Shown here: positions 20,510 through 32,391 of the stretch, piece after piece
How positions within the stretch are numbered: the first letter of the stretch is position 1
Layout: each line of letters starts with the position of its first letter
Assembly: GCA_965237415.1 (NCBI GenBank)
Contig: CBDEFM010000001.1
Span: forward strand, 192,001-256,000
Length of the DNA: 64,000 nucleotides
Reading direction: 5' to 3'
DNA from: Alphaproteobacteria bacterium
GTDB lineage: Bacteria; Pseudomonadota; Alphaproteobacteria; UBA828
Notes under the pieces: model-generated
Told to the model about the DNA's origin: nothing
Seen by the model: the letters and a program-made list of their open reading frames with translations, nothing else
Database searches by the model: none
Translations under genes and position numbers: made by a program

Positions 20510-21470
20510 GCGCGGCGGGATTGCCGCCGCGGCTCTGACGCCTCTTTCCTGCCTCTACCGCCTCGGCGCACGGGGACAGGCTGCCTTGGCTCGCCCGGCA
20601 AAGGCGGACCTGCCAGTGATCTGCGTCGGCAACTTTACGGTCGGCGGCGCAGGCAAGACGCCGACCGTACTCGCCCTCGCCGCACTGCTCGCGGAGGAGG
20701 GCATCGATCCCCACATCCTGACGCGCGGCTATGGCGGCAGCGAGCGGGGACCGCTCAGGGTCGATCCCGCCCGCCACGACGCACGCGCGGTGGGCGACGA
20801 GGCGCTGCTGCTTGCACGAGTGGCGCCAACCTGGCTCTCCCGCGACCGGGCGGCCGGGGCAGCGGCTGCGCACTCTGCAGGGGCGCCCCTGCTACTCATG
20901 GACGATGGCATGCAGACTCCGGGCTTGCTGAAGGACCTCTGCATCGCGGTGGTGGATGGAGGCGCAGGCTTCGGCAATGGTCGTCTTCTGCCGGCGGGGC
21001 CGTTGCGTGAGCCGCTCGCTTCGGGCCTGCGCCGGGCGCATGCGCTGATTCTCGTCGGAACCGACCGGCACAGTGCGCTTGCGGCGCTCGGACAGCATGA
21101 TCTTCCCGTGATCGAGGCCGATCTGGTGCCCGGCGACGAGGCACGGGCGCTGAAAGAACGGCCGGTCGTCGCCTTCGCCGGGATCGGACGGCCGGAGAAG
21201 TTCTTCGAGACGCTGGAGGATGCCGGCTGCACCGTGATCGCGCGCTATGCCTTCGCCGACCACCACCGCTATAAGCCGGGCGAGATCGCGGCCATCGTTG
21301 CGTATGCGAAGGAGCGGGACGCCCTGCCCGTGACCACCGAAAAAGACCACGTGCGGCTGCCCGAGGACGCACGAGCATTGGTTCGTACGCTGCCTGTGAC
21401 TCTCGCCTGGCGCGACCCGGCAGAGCCGCGGGACCTGCTGGCACCGCTTCTGGCGCGCTGCCGTGGCTAG
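20481..21470 (+). CDS. lpxK: Tetraacyldisaccharide 4'-kinase
   Basis: VGNFTVGGAGKTP, RGYGG, GDEA, DDG, PAGPLRE, TTEKD. Confidence 0.93.
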   Translation: MRAPAFWAVERGGIAAAALTPLSCLYRLGARGQAALARPAKADLPVICVGNFTVGGAGKTPTVLALAALLAEEGIDPHILTRGYGGSERGPLRVDPARHDARAVGDEALLLARVAPTWLSRDRAAGAAAAHSAGAPLLLMDDGMQTPGLLKDLCIAVVDGGAGFGNGRLLPAGPLREPLASGLRRAHALILVGTDRHSALAALGQHDLPVIEADLVPGDEARALKERPVVAFAGIGRPEKFFETLEDAGCTVIARYAFADHHRYKPGEIAAIVAYAKERDALPVTTEKDHVRLPEDARALVRTLPVTLAWRDPAEPRDLLAPLLARCRG

Positions 21471-22353
21471 GGTTGGATGGATCCGCAGGGCGCGGCACGT
21501 CAGCGAGGCCGCCGCCGCCCACGCCCTCTTCGCGCTGCTGGGCGCGCTGCCGGTGGGATGGGCCTCGGCCGTCGGTGCCGCTCTCGGCGGCCTGATCGGC
21601 CCCTTGCTCCCGGTGCACCGGCAGGGCCTCGACAACCTCGCCCGGGCGCTACCGGAGCTTTCGCCGACCGAAATCCGGCGCTGCGCGCGCCGCATGTGGT
21701 GCCATCTCGGCCGTATCGCCGCGGAATACCCGCATCTCCACCGTTTTTCGGTCGACGAACTGGACGGGCGGATCGAGCTCGTCGGACGTGCCCATCTGGA
21801 CGAGGCCAAGCGCTCGGCAGCCGGAGGCATCTTCTTCTCCGGCCATATCGGCAACTGGGAGGTCGCCGCGCGCGCGCCGGAGCAGACCGGAGTGCCGTTA
21901 ACCGCCATCTACCGGGCGGCGAACAACCCGATCGTCGACCGCATGATCGAGCGGTACAGGGGAGCAGTTGCGCAGCACCGTGTGCCGAAAGGGACGGACG
22001 GCGCCCGCGAGATCGTGCGGGCTCTCGGCGCAGGCAACCACGCGGCCCTTCTGGTGGATCAGAAGTTCAACACCGGCATTCCGGTCCCCTTCTTCGGCCG
22101 CGATGCCATGACCGCGCCCGCCGTGGCATCGCTGGCGCTGAAATACGGGTGCCCCGTGTGGCCGGTGCGGGTCGAACGGCTCGCCGGCACCTCCTTTCGG
22201 GTCACCGTGTATCCCAAGCTCGCTCTGCCTCAGGAGGGCACGCGGGAAGAACGAGTTCGTGCGATCATGGTGGCCATCAATCGCATCCTCGAAGACTGGA
22301 TCCGCGAGCGGCCGGAACAATGGCTCTGGCTCCACCGGCGCTGGCCGGATTGA
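21463..22353 (+). CDS. lpxL: Lipid A late acyltransferase (LpxL/HtrB family)
   Basis: GHIGNWE, LVDQ, PFFG, PEQWLWLHRRW. Confidence 0.85.
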   Translation: MARVGWIRRARHVSEAAAAHALFALLGALPVGWASAVGAALGGLIGPLLPVHRQGLDNLARALPELSPTEIRRCARRMWCHLGRIAAEYPHLHRFSVDELDGRIELVGRAHLDEAKRSAAGGIFFSGHIGNWEVAARAPEQTGVPLTAIYRAANNPIVDRMIERYRGAVAQHRVPKGTDGAREIVRALGAGNHAALLVDQKFNTGIPVPFFGRDAMTAPAVASLALKYGCPVWPVRVERLAGTSFRVTVYPKLALPQEGTREERVRAIMVAINRILEDWIRERPEQWLWLHRRWPD

Positions 22354-22384
22354 GCGACGCGATAGCCTCCGGGATTCGACGGGA

Positions 22385-22478
22385 GCCGGGCCGTCAGGCC
22401 CGGACGGCGCGACCGCGCCGCGCGCCGAATGGCGCGTAGCCAAGCGAGCGGAGCGAGCGCCCGGCGCTTGAGGGATAT
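22385..22478 (+). repeat. Dispersed ~95-bp structured intergenic repeat, copy 2
   Basis: Homologous to 10413-10508. Confidence 0.85.
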
Positions 22479-22494
22479 GAATAGACCCCGACAA

Positions 22495-22522
22495 TTGACA
22501 GGAAGAATGCTGCGCCTATAGT
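22495..22522 (+). promoter_or_regulatory. Putative sigma70 promoter of rplU-rpmA
   Basis: TTGACA (22495-22500), 16-nt spacer, TATAGT (22517-22522), about 50 nt upstream of rplU. Confidence 0.65.
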
Positions 22523-22570
22523 GCGCCCGCTGCGGAGAGCACCCCGCGCCTCCCAACACGGATGGTTGCC

Positions 22571-23269
22571 ATGTTCGCTGTGGTTCGCTCTGGCGGGAAG
22601 CAATACCGCGTCGCGCCGGAGGACGTCATTCAGGTAGAACGGCTGCGGGCTGCGGCCGGCGAGACGATCGAACTCGGCGAGGTGCTGGCGATGAGCGACG
22701 GCGAGACCGTCTCTCTCGGGCAGCCGCTCCTCGAGGGCGCGCGGGTTGCGGCCACGGTCGTCGAGCACAAGCGCGGCGAGAAGATCATCATCTTCCGCAA
22801 GAAGCGGCGGAAGAACCATCGCCGCAAGCGCGGCCACCGGCAGGAGCTCACCGTGCTCCGCATCGACGAGATTCTGGTGGCCGGCGAGAAGCGGCGCGTG
22901 CGCCGGAAGAAGAAGACAGAAGCGGACGGCGCGGAGGAGACAGCCGGCGCCAAGCCCAAGAGGACGACCAAAGCCAAGACCGCAGCCAAGCCACGGACCC
23001 GGAAGACCGCCGCCGCCAAGGTAGAGAAAGCCGAAGACGCCCAGCCCGCGCCCGCCGAAGAGACGGCGGCCGAAGCGACTGAGGTTGAGGCGACGGCGAC
23101 CGCTTCGCCTGCAGCCGAAGCGGCTGCGCCGGCCGCGCCGAGCGAAGCGACGGCAGCCGAGACGGCTGAGCCCCCGGCAGAAGAGACGACCGACGCGCCG
23201 GCCGAGGAGGCCACCGAGTCACCTGCGGACGAGTCACCTGCGGACGAGCCGGCGGAGGAGAAGAGCTGA
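22571..23269 (+). CDS. rplU: 50S ribosomal protein L21 with a long low-complexity C-terminal tail
   Basis: [14 protein letters not shown]...[13 protein letters not shown]. Confidence 0.95.
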   Translation: MFAVVRSGGKQYRVAPEDVIQVERLRAAAGETIELGEVLAMSDGETVSLGQPLLEGARVAATVVEHKRGEKIIIFRKKRRKNHRRKRGHRQELTVLRIDEILVAGEKRRVRRKKKTEADGAEETAGAKPKRTTKAKTAAKPRTRKTAAAKVEKAEDAQPAPAEETAAEATEVEATATASPAAEAAAPAAPSEATAAETAEPPAEETTDAPAEEATESPADESPADEPAEEKS

Positions 23270-23526
23270 TGGCGCACAAGAAGGCGGGCGGCAGTTCGCG
23301 CAACGGCCGGGATACGGCGGGTCGCCGCCTCGGCCTCAAGAAATTCGGTGGCGAGGCGGTAATCCCGGGCAACATCATCGCGCGCCAACGGGGCACCAAG
23401 TGGCATCCCGGCGAGAATGTCGGGATCGGGCGCGATCACACGCTGTTCGCGTTGACCGACGGCCACGTGCAGTTCGCACGGCGCAGCGGCGGAAAGACGG
23501 TCGTCTCAGTCGAGCCGAGCGCGTAA
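23269..23526 (+). CDS. rpmA: 50S ribosomal protein L27
   Basis: [15 protein letters not shown]. Confidence 0.98.
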   Translation: MAHKKAGGSSRNGRDTAGRRLGLKKFGGEAVIPGNIIARQRGTKWHPGENVGIGRDHTLFALTDGHVQFARRSGGKTVVSVEPSA

Positions 23527-24590
<1,064 letters not shown>

Positions 24591-24591
<1 letters not shown>

Positions 24592-25721
24592 TGCAGCCGT
24601 CGCTCGCCAGCGCGTCGCGCACCGTGGTCAAGATCGGCTCGTCGCTCCTCACCGAGCCCGCGACCGGAGCGCTCAACGAAGCCTGGCTGGATGGCCTCGC
24701 CCGCGACGTCGCCGGGCTCCGCGAGCGCGGCAAGGACGTGCTGATCGTCTCCTCCGGCGCGATCGCGATCGGGCGCCGTCACCTCGGGCTCGCGGCGGAG
24801 ACCCTCAGGCTCGAAGAGATGCAGGCGGCGGCGGCCTGCGGGCAGATAAGGCTCGCGCACGCCTACCAGTCGGCGCTCGCCCGCCACGGGATCGGGGTGG
24901 CGCAGATATTGCTGACCCATGAGGACACCGAGGCGCGGCGGCGCTACCTCAACGCGCGCAGCACCATCAACACCCTGCTCTCCCTCGGCACCGTTCCCGT
25001 GATCAACGAGAACGACACCGTCGCCACCAACGAGATTCGCTTCGGCGACAATGACCGGCTCGCGGCCCGTGTCGCCGTGATGATGAGCGCGGACCTGCTG
25101 GTTCTGCTCTCCGATGTCGATGGCCTCTACGAGTCCGACCCGCGGCACGACGCGCACGCCCGCTGGGTTCCCGCGGTCGAGCGCATCACGCCGGAGATCG
25201 AGGCGATGGCTGGCACCATCGGCACGCCGTCCGCCGCCGGCGGCATGGTGACGAAGATCGCCGCCGCCAAACACGCAATGGCGGCAGGCTGCCACATGGT
25301 GATCGCGAAGGGCGCGGTCGAATGCCCGCTTACTGCGCTGGAGGGAGGCGCCCGCTCGACCTGGTTCGTCTCCACCGCGACGCCGCGCGCGGCCCGCAAG
25401 AGCTGGATCGCGAGCGCGCTCGAGCCGCGCGGCACGCTCGTCATCGACGAAGGAGCCCGCAGGGCGTTGGCTCAGGGCCGAAGCCTGCTGCCGGCCGGCG
25501 TGAAGGCGGTGGAAGGCACGTTCGAGCGCGGCGATGCGGTGGCCATCAGGGTCGAGCAGGGGGGCGAGGCCGGCCGCGGCCTGGTCGCCTATTCCGCCGC
25601 CGACGCGCGCCGCATCGTCGGCCACAAATCCCGTGAAATAGAGCGTATCCTCGGCTACCGTGGCCGCGCCGAGATGATCCACCGCGACGATCTCGTGCTC
25701 GACGAGGAGCAACGACCGTGA
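24591..25721 (+). CDS. proB: Glutamate 5-kinase
   Basis: VVKIGSS, VSSGA, NENDTV, FGDND, C-terminal PUA domain. Confidence 0.95.
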
Positions 25722-27010
25722 GCATGGCCGAGGCGGCGCGGAGCCGCGAGACCGAACACGACATCGCAGCCGAGATGGCCGCGCTCGGCGCGGACGCCCG
25801 CACCGCGGCGCAGGCGCTCGCCGCTTCATCTGCGGAAACGAGGCGGCGCGCGCTCCGAGCGGCTACGGCAGCCATCCGCGACGACGAGGCGGCAATTCTG
25901 GAGGCCAACGCGGCCGATATGGCGGCGGCGCGGGAATCAGGGCTGAGCGGCGCTCTGCTCGATCGCCTCGCCCTCGATCCCGGCCGCGTCGAAGCGATGG
26001 CGGCAGGTGTCGAGCAAGTGGCAGCCCTGGACGACCCGCTCGGTCGCCTGCTGGGCGAATGGGAGCGGCCCAACGGGCTTCGAATCCGCCGGGTTTCGGT
26101 GCCGATCGGCGTCATCGGGATCATTTACGAATCGCGGCCCAACGTCACCGCCGACGCCGGCGCTCTCTGCCTCATGTCGGGGAACGCGGTGATCCTGCGC
26201 GGCGGCTCGGAGAGTTACCACTCCTCGCGCGCGATCGCCGCGGCGCTGCGTGCGGCGCTGGTCGAGACCGGGCTGCCGGCGGGGTGCATCCAGCTCGTGC
26301 CGACAACGGACCGCGCAGCGGTCGGCATCCTGCTCACCATGGACGACGTGCTGGACCTGATCGTGCCCCGCGGCGGCCGCTCGCTGATCGAGCGGGTGCT
26401 TGCAGAGAGCCGGGTGCCGGTGCTGGCCCACCTGGACGGCAACTGCCATGTGTACGTACACGCCGCCGCCGACGCCGAGAAGGCGCGCGATGTCACTTTC
26501 AACGCCAAGATGCGGCGGACCGGAATCTGCGGCGCGGCGGAGACGCTGCTCGTCGACGCCGTCATGGAGGACGCGCTGCCTGCGATCCTCGAGCCGCTGT
26601 TCGAGGCAGGCTGCGAGATACGCGGCGATGCGCGCGTGCAGGCGCTCGATTCGCGCGTCGTGCCTGCCGACGCCACCGACTGGGGAACCGAGTATCTCGA
26701 CGCAATCATCTCGGTCGCGCTGGTGGACGGGCTCGATGCGGCGATCGCCCATGTGAACGAGCACGGTTCCCACCACACCGACGCCATCATCACGGAAGAC
26801 TCCGCTGCCGCCGAGCGCTTCATGGAGAGGGTGGACAGCGGGATCGTGCTGCACAACGCCTCGACCCAGTTCGCCGACGGCGGCGAGTTCGGCATGGGAG
26901 CCGAGATCGGCATCTCCACGGGCAAGCTCCACGCCCGCGGGCCGGTGGGCGTGGAGCAGCTCACCACCTACAAGTACAAGGTGTACGGCACCGGACAGGT
27001 TCGCCCCTGA
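25718..27010 (+). CDS. proA: Glutamate-5-semialdehyde dehydrogenase
   Basis: [34 protein letters not shown]. Confidence 0.96.
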   Translation: MSMAEAARSRETEHDIAAEMAALGADARTAAQALAASSAETRRRALRAATAAIRDDEAAILEANAADMAAARESGLSGALLDRLALDPGRVEAMAAGVEQVAALDDPLGRLLGEWERPNGLRIRRVSVPIGVIGIIYESRPNVTADAGALCLMSGNAVILRGGSESYHSSRAIAAALRAALVETGLPAGCIQLVPTTDRAAVGILLTMDDVLDLIVPRGGRSLIERVLAESRVPVLAHLDGNCHVYVHAAADAEKARDVTFNAKMRRTGICGAAETLLVDAVMEDALPAILEPLFEAGCEIRGDARVQALDSRVVPADATDWGTEYLDAIISVALVDGLDAAIAHVNEHGSHHTDAIITEDSAAAERFMERVDSGIVLHNASTQFADGGEFGMGAEIGISTGKLHARGPVGVEQLTTYKYKVYGTGQVRP

Positions 27011-27024
27011 CCACGCTCGTCCCC

Positions 27025-27660
27025 ATGCGCCGCCGGCGATCGCGGCCAATGCCCGTCGACACGTCGCCAGCGCGGCCGCCGGGCCGCAGGATCGGCCTGC
27101 TCGGCGGCTCTTTCAATCCAGCCCACGAGGGGCACCGGCACATAAGCCTGCTGGCGCTCAAGCGCCTCGGCCTGCACGAGGTCTGGTGGCTGGTCTCGCC
27201 GCAGAACCCGCTCAAGCCCCGCGCCGGGATGGCAGCGTTCGACGAACGACTCGCCGCGGCGAAGTCCGCAACCGGGGACCGCAGGCTCCGCGTAAGCGAT
27301 ATCGAACGCCGCCTCGGCAGCTGCTATTCGGTGGATACGGTGGCGCGGCTCAGGCAGTGCTTCCCGCGGCACCGGCTGGTCTGGATCATCGGCGCCGACA
27401 ATCTGCCGACGCTCGCGGAATGGCGGCGCTGGCCCGCGCTCTTCCAAGCACTACCCGTTGCGGTCGTCGACCGCTGGCCTTACTCTCGCTATGCCAGTGT
27501 GGTTAAGCCTGCGAAACGATTCGCACGCCGAAGAATGGCGGAACGCCGCGCGCGAGGGCTCGTGCGGTGCAAACCGCCCGCCTGGATTGTGATTCATGGT
27601 CCGCTGCATCCCGCTTCCGCGACAGCGTTGCGCGCCGCCAACGGCGCGGCGAGCCGATAA
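27025..27660 (+). CDS. nadD: Nicotinate-nucleotide adenylyltransferase
   Basis: GGSFNPAHEGH, SPQNPLK, IIGADNL; start 27025 or 27049. Confidence 0.92.
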   Translation: MRRRRSRPMPVDTSPARPPGRRIGLLGGSFNPAHEGHRHISLLALKRLGLHEVWWLVSPQNPLKPRAGMAAFDERLAAAKSATGDRRLRVSDIERRLGSCYSVDTVARLRQCFPRHRLVWIIGADNLPTLAEWRRWPALFQALPVAVVDRWPYSRYASVVKPAKRFARRRMAERRARGLVRCKPPAWIVIHGPLHPASATALRAANGAASR

Positions 27661-27680
27661 GGGGAGGCTGGAGGAACACC

Positions 27681-28097
27681 ATAACGGTACCGAACCAACC
27701 TGTTAGGTCCAGTCGCCGGGAGTCGGGCAGGGCCGGCACCGAGACGCTTCACCGGACCGTCGCCGGCGCGCTCGCCGACGCCAAGGCGGAAGACATCGTC
27801 ACCATCGACCTCGAGGGCAAGACCTCGATCGCCGACCTCATGGTCATCGCCAGCGGACGATCGAAACGCCATGTCGATGCGGTCGCGGAGCGGCTCCTGA
27901 AACAGCTCAAGGACGACGGCACACCGGCGCTCGCGACGGAAGGCCGCGAGAACGCGGACTGGGTGCTGATCGATGCCGGCGACATCATCGTGCACGTCTT
28001 CCGCCCCGAGATCCGCTCTCTCTACAATCTCGAGAAGATGTGGTCCGTCGAGGCCATCGGCGCGGCCGATGCGCTGGCGCTTGCCGACGACGACTAA
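27681..28097 (+). CDS. rsfS: Ribosome silencing factor (probable ATA start)
   Basis: KAEDIVTIDL, IASGRS, WVLIDAGDIIVHVF, YNLEKMW; located between nadD and rlmH. Confidence 0.9.
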   Translation: MTVPNQPVRSSRRESGRAGTETLHRTVAGALADAKAEDIVTIDLEGKTSIADLMVIASGRSKRHVDAVAERLLKQLKDDGTPALATEGRENADWVLIDAGDIIVHVFRPEIRSLYNLEKMWSVEAIGAADALALADDD

Positions 28098-28148
28098 CGG
28101 CGCGGCCTCGCAGGCCCTTTAGCCGGAGCAGAGGAGCGCCACCCGCCG

Positions 28149-28601
28149 ATGCGCCTTGTCGTGACGGCAGTCGGGCGCGGCCGGGACGATCCGGCTCAGA
28201 AACTCTTCGAGAGTTACCGCCGGCGCCTGCCATGGCCGGTCGAGCTGCGTGAGGTCCGGGCCGGCGGCGGTGGCGAAGCGGGGCGCGAACGCGAGGCGGC
28301 GGCGCTGCTGAAGGGGCTTCCAGAAGGCGCCTATATCGTGGCGCTGGACGGCACCGGCAAGGCGCTCACCAGCGAGGCGTTCGCCGCGCGTCTCGCGCGC
28401 ATCCGCGACGATGGCGTGGCCGTCGTGGCGTTTCTGATCGGGGGCGCCGACGGGCATGGGGCCCCTGCCCTCGTGCGTGCCGACTTGGTTCTTTCGCTTG
28501 GGCCGATGACGTGGCCGCATCTGCTCGTTCGCGCGATGCTGGCGGAGCAGCTCTGGCGTGCGGCCAGCATCCTCTCCGGCCACCCCTACCACCGCGGGTG
28601 A
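28149..28601 (+). CDS. rlmH: 23S rRNA m3Psi1915 methyltransferase
   Basis: FLIGGADG, MTWPH, EQLWRA, GHPYHR. Confidence 0.95.
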   Translation: MRLVVTAVGRGRDDPAQKLFESYRRRLPWPVELREVRAGGGGEAGREREAAALLKGLPEGAYIVALDGTGKALTSEAFAARLARIRDDGVAVVAFLIGGADGHGAPALVRADLVLSLGPMTWPHLLVRAMLAEQLWRAASILSGHPYHRG

Positions 28602-28617
28602 GCGCCCAGGAGGACAG

Positions 28618-29490
28618 TCAGCGCGTCGGGACCGGCGTGCCCGTGGAGTAGTCGTAAAAACCCTTGCCGGTCTTGAGGCCGAGCCAGCCGGCCTCGACGT
28701 ATTTCGCGAGCAGCGGGCAGGGCCGGTACTTGCTGTCGGCCAGACCCTCGTAGAGCACCTGCATGATGCTGTGGCAGGTGTCGAGGCCGATGAAATCGGC
28801 GAGCTCCAATGGCCCCATGCGGTGATGGGCGCCGAGCTTCATCGCTGTATCGATGGCCTTCACGGTGCCGACGCCTTCGTAAAGCGCATAAATCGCTTCG
28901 TTGACCATCGGCATGAGGATGCGGTTCACGATGAAGGCAGGGAAGTCCTCGGCCATGGCAGGGATCTTGCCCATGCGCTCGGTGACCTTGCGCGCGATCT
29001 CGTAAGTCTCCTCCTCGGTCGCGATGCCGCGCACCAGCTCCACCAGCTCCATCATCGGCACCGGGTTCATGAAGTGCATGCCCATGAACTTGCCGGGCCG
29101 GTCGGTGCTCGCCGCGAGGCGGGTGACGGACAACGACGAGCTGTTGGTGCAAATGATGGTGTGTTCGGGCAGCGCGCCACGCAACGCGACGAAGATTTCC
29201 TTCTTGACGGCCTCGTCCTCGACGACGGCCTCGATCACGAGGTCGACATCCTTGATGCCATCGAGGCCGACCGCCGGCGCGATTCGGCCCAGCGCCGCCG
29301 CCTGCTGCTCGTCGGTGATCGCGCCTCGGCGCGCCTGGCGACCGAGATTGGTGCGGATGGTCTCCAGCGCCGCGTCGAGCTCTGTCTGGCCGATATCGCT
29401 CAGCATCACCTGGTAGCCGGCCAGCGCGGCGACATGGGCGATGCCGCTCCCCATGCGGCCCGCTCCGATGATCCCTATCGATTGCACCAT
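28618..29490 (-). CDS. hbd: 3-hydroxybutyryl-CoA dehydrogenase
   Basis: [35 protein letters not shown]. Confidence 0.9.
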   Translation of the reverse strand: MVQSIGIIGAGRMGSGIAHVAALAGYQVMLSDIGQTELDAALETIRTNLGRQARRGAITDEQQAAALGRIAPAVGLDGIKDVDLVIEAVVEDEAVKKEIFVALRGALPEHTIICTNSSSLSVTRLAASTDRPGKFMGMHFMNPVPMMELVELVRGIATEEETYEIARKVTERMGKIPAMAEDFPAFIVNRILMPMVNEAIYALYEGVGTVKAIDTAMKLGAHHRMGPLELADFIGLDTCHSIMQVLYEGLADSKYRPCPLLAKYVEAGWLGLKTGKGFYDYSTGTPVPTR

Positions 29491-29499
29491 GGCAGCAGG

Positions 29500-30453
29500 T
29501 CAGACCTTGGAGATGCCCTGGCGATCCAGCTCTTCGGCAAGTGCCGGCAGAGCCTTGAACAGATCGGCCACGAGGCCAAAATCGGCGATCTGGAAGATCG
29601 GCGCCTCTTCGTCCTTGTTGATGGCGCAGATCACCCGGCTGTCCTTCATCCCGGCGAGGTGCTGGATCGCGCCGGAAATTCCCACCGCGATGTAGAGATC
29701 CGGTGCGACCACCTTGCCGGTCTGCCCGACCTGGAAGTCGTTGGGCACGTAGCCCGCATCGACCGCCGCACGCGAGGCGCCGACGGCGGCGCCCAATCGG
29801 TCCGCCACGGCCTCGATCAGCGGGAAGTTCTCGCCGCTCTGCATGCCGCGTCCGCCCGAGATCACGATGCCCGCGCTGGTGAGCTCCGGGCGGTCCGACT
29901 TGCTCAGCTCGTGGCGGACGAAGCGGACCAGCCCCTGGTCGCCGGCGCCCGCGACCGCCTCGATAGGCGCGCTACCGCCCTCGGCCGGGGCCGCATCGAA
30001 CGCAGTTGTGCGCACGGTCACCACCTTCCGTGCGTCGGTGCTCTCCACGGTCGCGAGCGCGTTGCCCGCATAAGTCGGGCGCACGAAGACGCTCTCGGAA
30101 ACGATTTCGATGATCTCGGAGACCTGGGCCACGTCGAGCAGAGCGGCGACGCGCGGCATGACGTTCTTGCCGAAGGTCGTGGCCGATGCGATCAGATGGC
30201 TGTAGCTCTCGGCGAGGCCGACGACCAAGGGCGCCAGGTTCTCGGCAATGCCGTGCTCATAGGCCGCATCGTCGGCGTGCAGCACCTTGGCGACCCCGGG
30301 AACCTGCGCCGCGGCCTCGGCCACCGGCCCGGCGCCGGAGCCCGCAACCAGCACGTGGACCTCGCCACCCAGAGCCTGCGCCGCTGTGACCGCGTTGAGG
30401 CTCGGCCGCTTCAGTTCGGCATTGTCGTGCTCGGCGAGAACGAGGACGCTCAT
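29500..30453 (-). CDS. etfA: Electron transfer flavoprotein alpha subunit
   Basis: [25 protein letters not shown]. Confidence 0.96.
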   Translation of the reverse strand: MSVLVLAEHDNAELKRPSLNAVTAAQALGGEVHVLVAGSGAGPVAEAAAQVPGVAKVLHADDAAYEHGIAENLAPLVVGLAESYSHLIASATTFGKNVMPRVAALLDVAQVSEIIEIVSESVFVRPTYAGNALATVESTDARKVVTVRTTAFDAAPAEGGSAPIEAVAGAGDQGLVRFVRHELSKSDRPELTSAGIVISGGRGMQSGENFPLIEAVADRLGAAVGASRAAVDAGYVPNDFQVGQTGKVVAPDLYIAVGISGAIQHLAGMKDSRVICAINKDEEAPIFQIADFGLVADLFKALPALAEELDRQGISKV

Positions 30454-30463
30454 CCGACTACCC

Positions 30464-31216
30464 TCACCCGATCACCTTGGCGTCGTCGCGCAGCTTCGCG
30501 ACGAGTTCTCCGACGTCTGCCACCTTGATCCCCGCCTCGCGTTTGGGCGGCTCCTCCACCTTGTGGACCGCGAGCCGCGGGCTGATGTCCACGCCGAGCG
30601 CATCCGCCTCCCGCCGGTCGATCGGCTTCTTCTTGGCCTTCATGATGTTGGGAAGCGAGGCGTAGCGCGGCTCGTTGAGCCTGAGGTCGGTGGTGACCAC
30701 CGCCGGAAGATTGACGTTGAGGGTCTCGAGCCCGCCGTCGATCTCGCGGGTCACGTCCGCGGTCCCGTCCTTGAACACGATCTCGGACGCGAAGGTGGCC
30801 TGCGGCCAGCCGAGCAGCGCCGCCAGCATCTGGCCGGTCTGGTTACTGTCGTCGTCGATGGCTTGCTTGCCCAGGATGACGAGGCCCGGCCGCTCCTCGT
30901 CCGCGATCACCTTGAGCAGGCGCGCCACGGCGAGCGGCTGCAGCTCCGCCTCGGTAACGATATGGACCGCGCGATCCGCGCCCATGGCGAGCGCCGTGCG
31001 CAGAGTCTCCTGCGCCTTGTCGGCGCCGGCCGACACCACGATCACTTCGTCCGCGGGGCCGTTCTCCTTCATGCGCACGGCTTCCTCCACCGCGATCTCG
31101 CAGAACGGGTTCATCGCCATCTTCACGTTCGCGGTCTCGACCCCCGTCTGGTCGGATTTCACCCGCACCTTCACGTTGGGGTCGATCGTGCGCTTGACCG
31201 CGACCAGGACCTTCAT
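30464..31216 (-). CDS. etfB: Electron transfer flavoprotein beta subunit
   Basis: [33 protein letters not shown]. Confidence 0.96.
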   Translation of the reverse strand: MKVLVAVKRTIDPNVKVRVKSDQTGVETANVKMAMNPFCEIAVEEAVRMKENGPADEVIVVSAGADKAQETLRTALAMGADRAVHIVTEAELQPLAVARLLKVIADEERPGLVILGKQAIDDDSNQTGQMLAALLGWPQATFASEIVFKDGTADVTREIDGGLETLNVNLPAVVTTDLRLNEPRYASLPNIMKAKKKPIDRREADALGVDISPRLAVHKVEEPPKREAGIKVADVGELVAKLRDDAKVIG

Positions 31217-31442
31217 GGGCATTCCCGCTGGGCGGCTAGGCAAGGCCGCCGGCGCGCTGCCGGGAACTCCCCGCCGCGCGCGGCCGCACACTATGACTGG
31301 GCTGAATTCCTGTCAACGCCGGCCCCTCGGTATGCGGCCCCGGTATGCTGCCTCGCTGGACGCTGCCGCCGCTCGCGCGTAGAAATGGCCTCGTTCCGCC
31401 GGGGGCGGCGGAGCGTGCACGCTTCGACGAGGGGAGGCAACG

Positions 31443-32384
31443 CTGTCCATCGCCGTCGGCCTCGGGCTTCATACGTTCCCGTTCTCGGGCGCACGTGCCT
31501 TCTGGCACTGGGTCGATCTCTGCGAAGAGGGCGGGGTCGATTCGCTCTGGCAGACCGACCGCCTCGTCTCGGAGGAGCCCTTCCTCGAGGTGATGAGCGT
31601 GATGGCGGCGCTCGCCGGCAGAACCGAGCGCATCAAATTCGGCATGAACGTCGCCTCGGTCGGGCTGCGCGACCCCCTGCTTCTCGCCAAGCAGTGCGCC
31701 ACCATCGATGTGCTGAGCGACGGGCGCCTGCTGCCGGCCTTCGGCATCGGCGCGATCCGCGCGCCGGACTGGGCGGCGACCGGCACGGACACGGCGGGCC
31801 GCGGCAGGCGCACCGACGAGGGGCTGGAGCTCATTGCCCGGCTCTGGGTGGAGGACTCGGTAGATTTCGACGGCGAGTTCTACCGCTACTCGGGGGCGAG
31901 GATCGCGCCCAAGCCGGTGCAGAAGGTGCTGCCGCTCTGGCTCGGCGGCTCGAGCAAGCCGGCGATCCGGCGCACGGCCCGCATCGGGACCGGCTGGCTG
32001 GCCGGGCTGGAGACGCCCGCTCAGGTGGCGCCTGCGATCGCCGGGATCAAGGAAGCGCTCACCGAGACCGGGCGGCGCATCGATGCCGACCATTACGGCG
32101 CGAGCTTCGACTTCCGCTTCGGCAGCTGGGACGAACCGCTCATGCAGCGGGTCGCCGAGGCCTACGCGGCGCGCTTCCAACGCGATCCGAGGGGCGGCAT
32201 CGTCGCCGGCGACAGCGCGGCCATCATGCAGCGGATCGAGGAGTTCGTCGCGGCCGGCGCGTCGAAGTTCGTGCTCAGGCCGATCGGCGGCGATGACGAC
32301 GACATTCTCGACCAGACACGCCGCCTGATCGGGGAGGTGCAGCCCGCGGTGGAGGCGTTGAACCGCCGGGTAGACGCCGCATGA
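31443..32384 (+). CDS. Luciferase-like (LLM class) flavin-dependent oxidoreductase (probable CTG start)
   Basis: The frame extends upstream of the track ORF: LSIAVGLG...GVDSLWQTDRL; also LAKQCATIDVLSDGR and PLWLGG. Confidence 0.85.
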   Translation: MSIAVGLGLHTFPFSGARAFWHWVDLCEEGGVDSLWQTDRLVSEEPFLEVMSVMAALAGRTERIKFGMNVASVGLRDPLLLAKQCATIDVLSDGRLLPAFGIGAIRAPDWAATGTDTAGRGRRTDEGLELIARLWVEDSVDFDGEFYRYSGARIAPKPVQKVLPLWLGGSSKPAIRRTARIGTGWLAGLETPAQVAPAIAGIKEALTETGRRIDADHYGASFDFRFGSWDEPLMQRVAEAYAARFQRDPRGGIVAGDSAAIMQRIEEFVAAGASKFVLRPIGGDDDDILDQTRRLIGEVQPAVEALNRRVDAA

Positions 32385-32391
32385 CGCCGAC

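Noticed and set aside
28558-32296. 656-aa and 669-aa plus-strand ORFs
   Set aside because: Shadows of hbd-etfA-etfB and an off-frame overlap with the LLM gene
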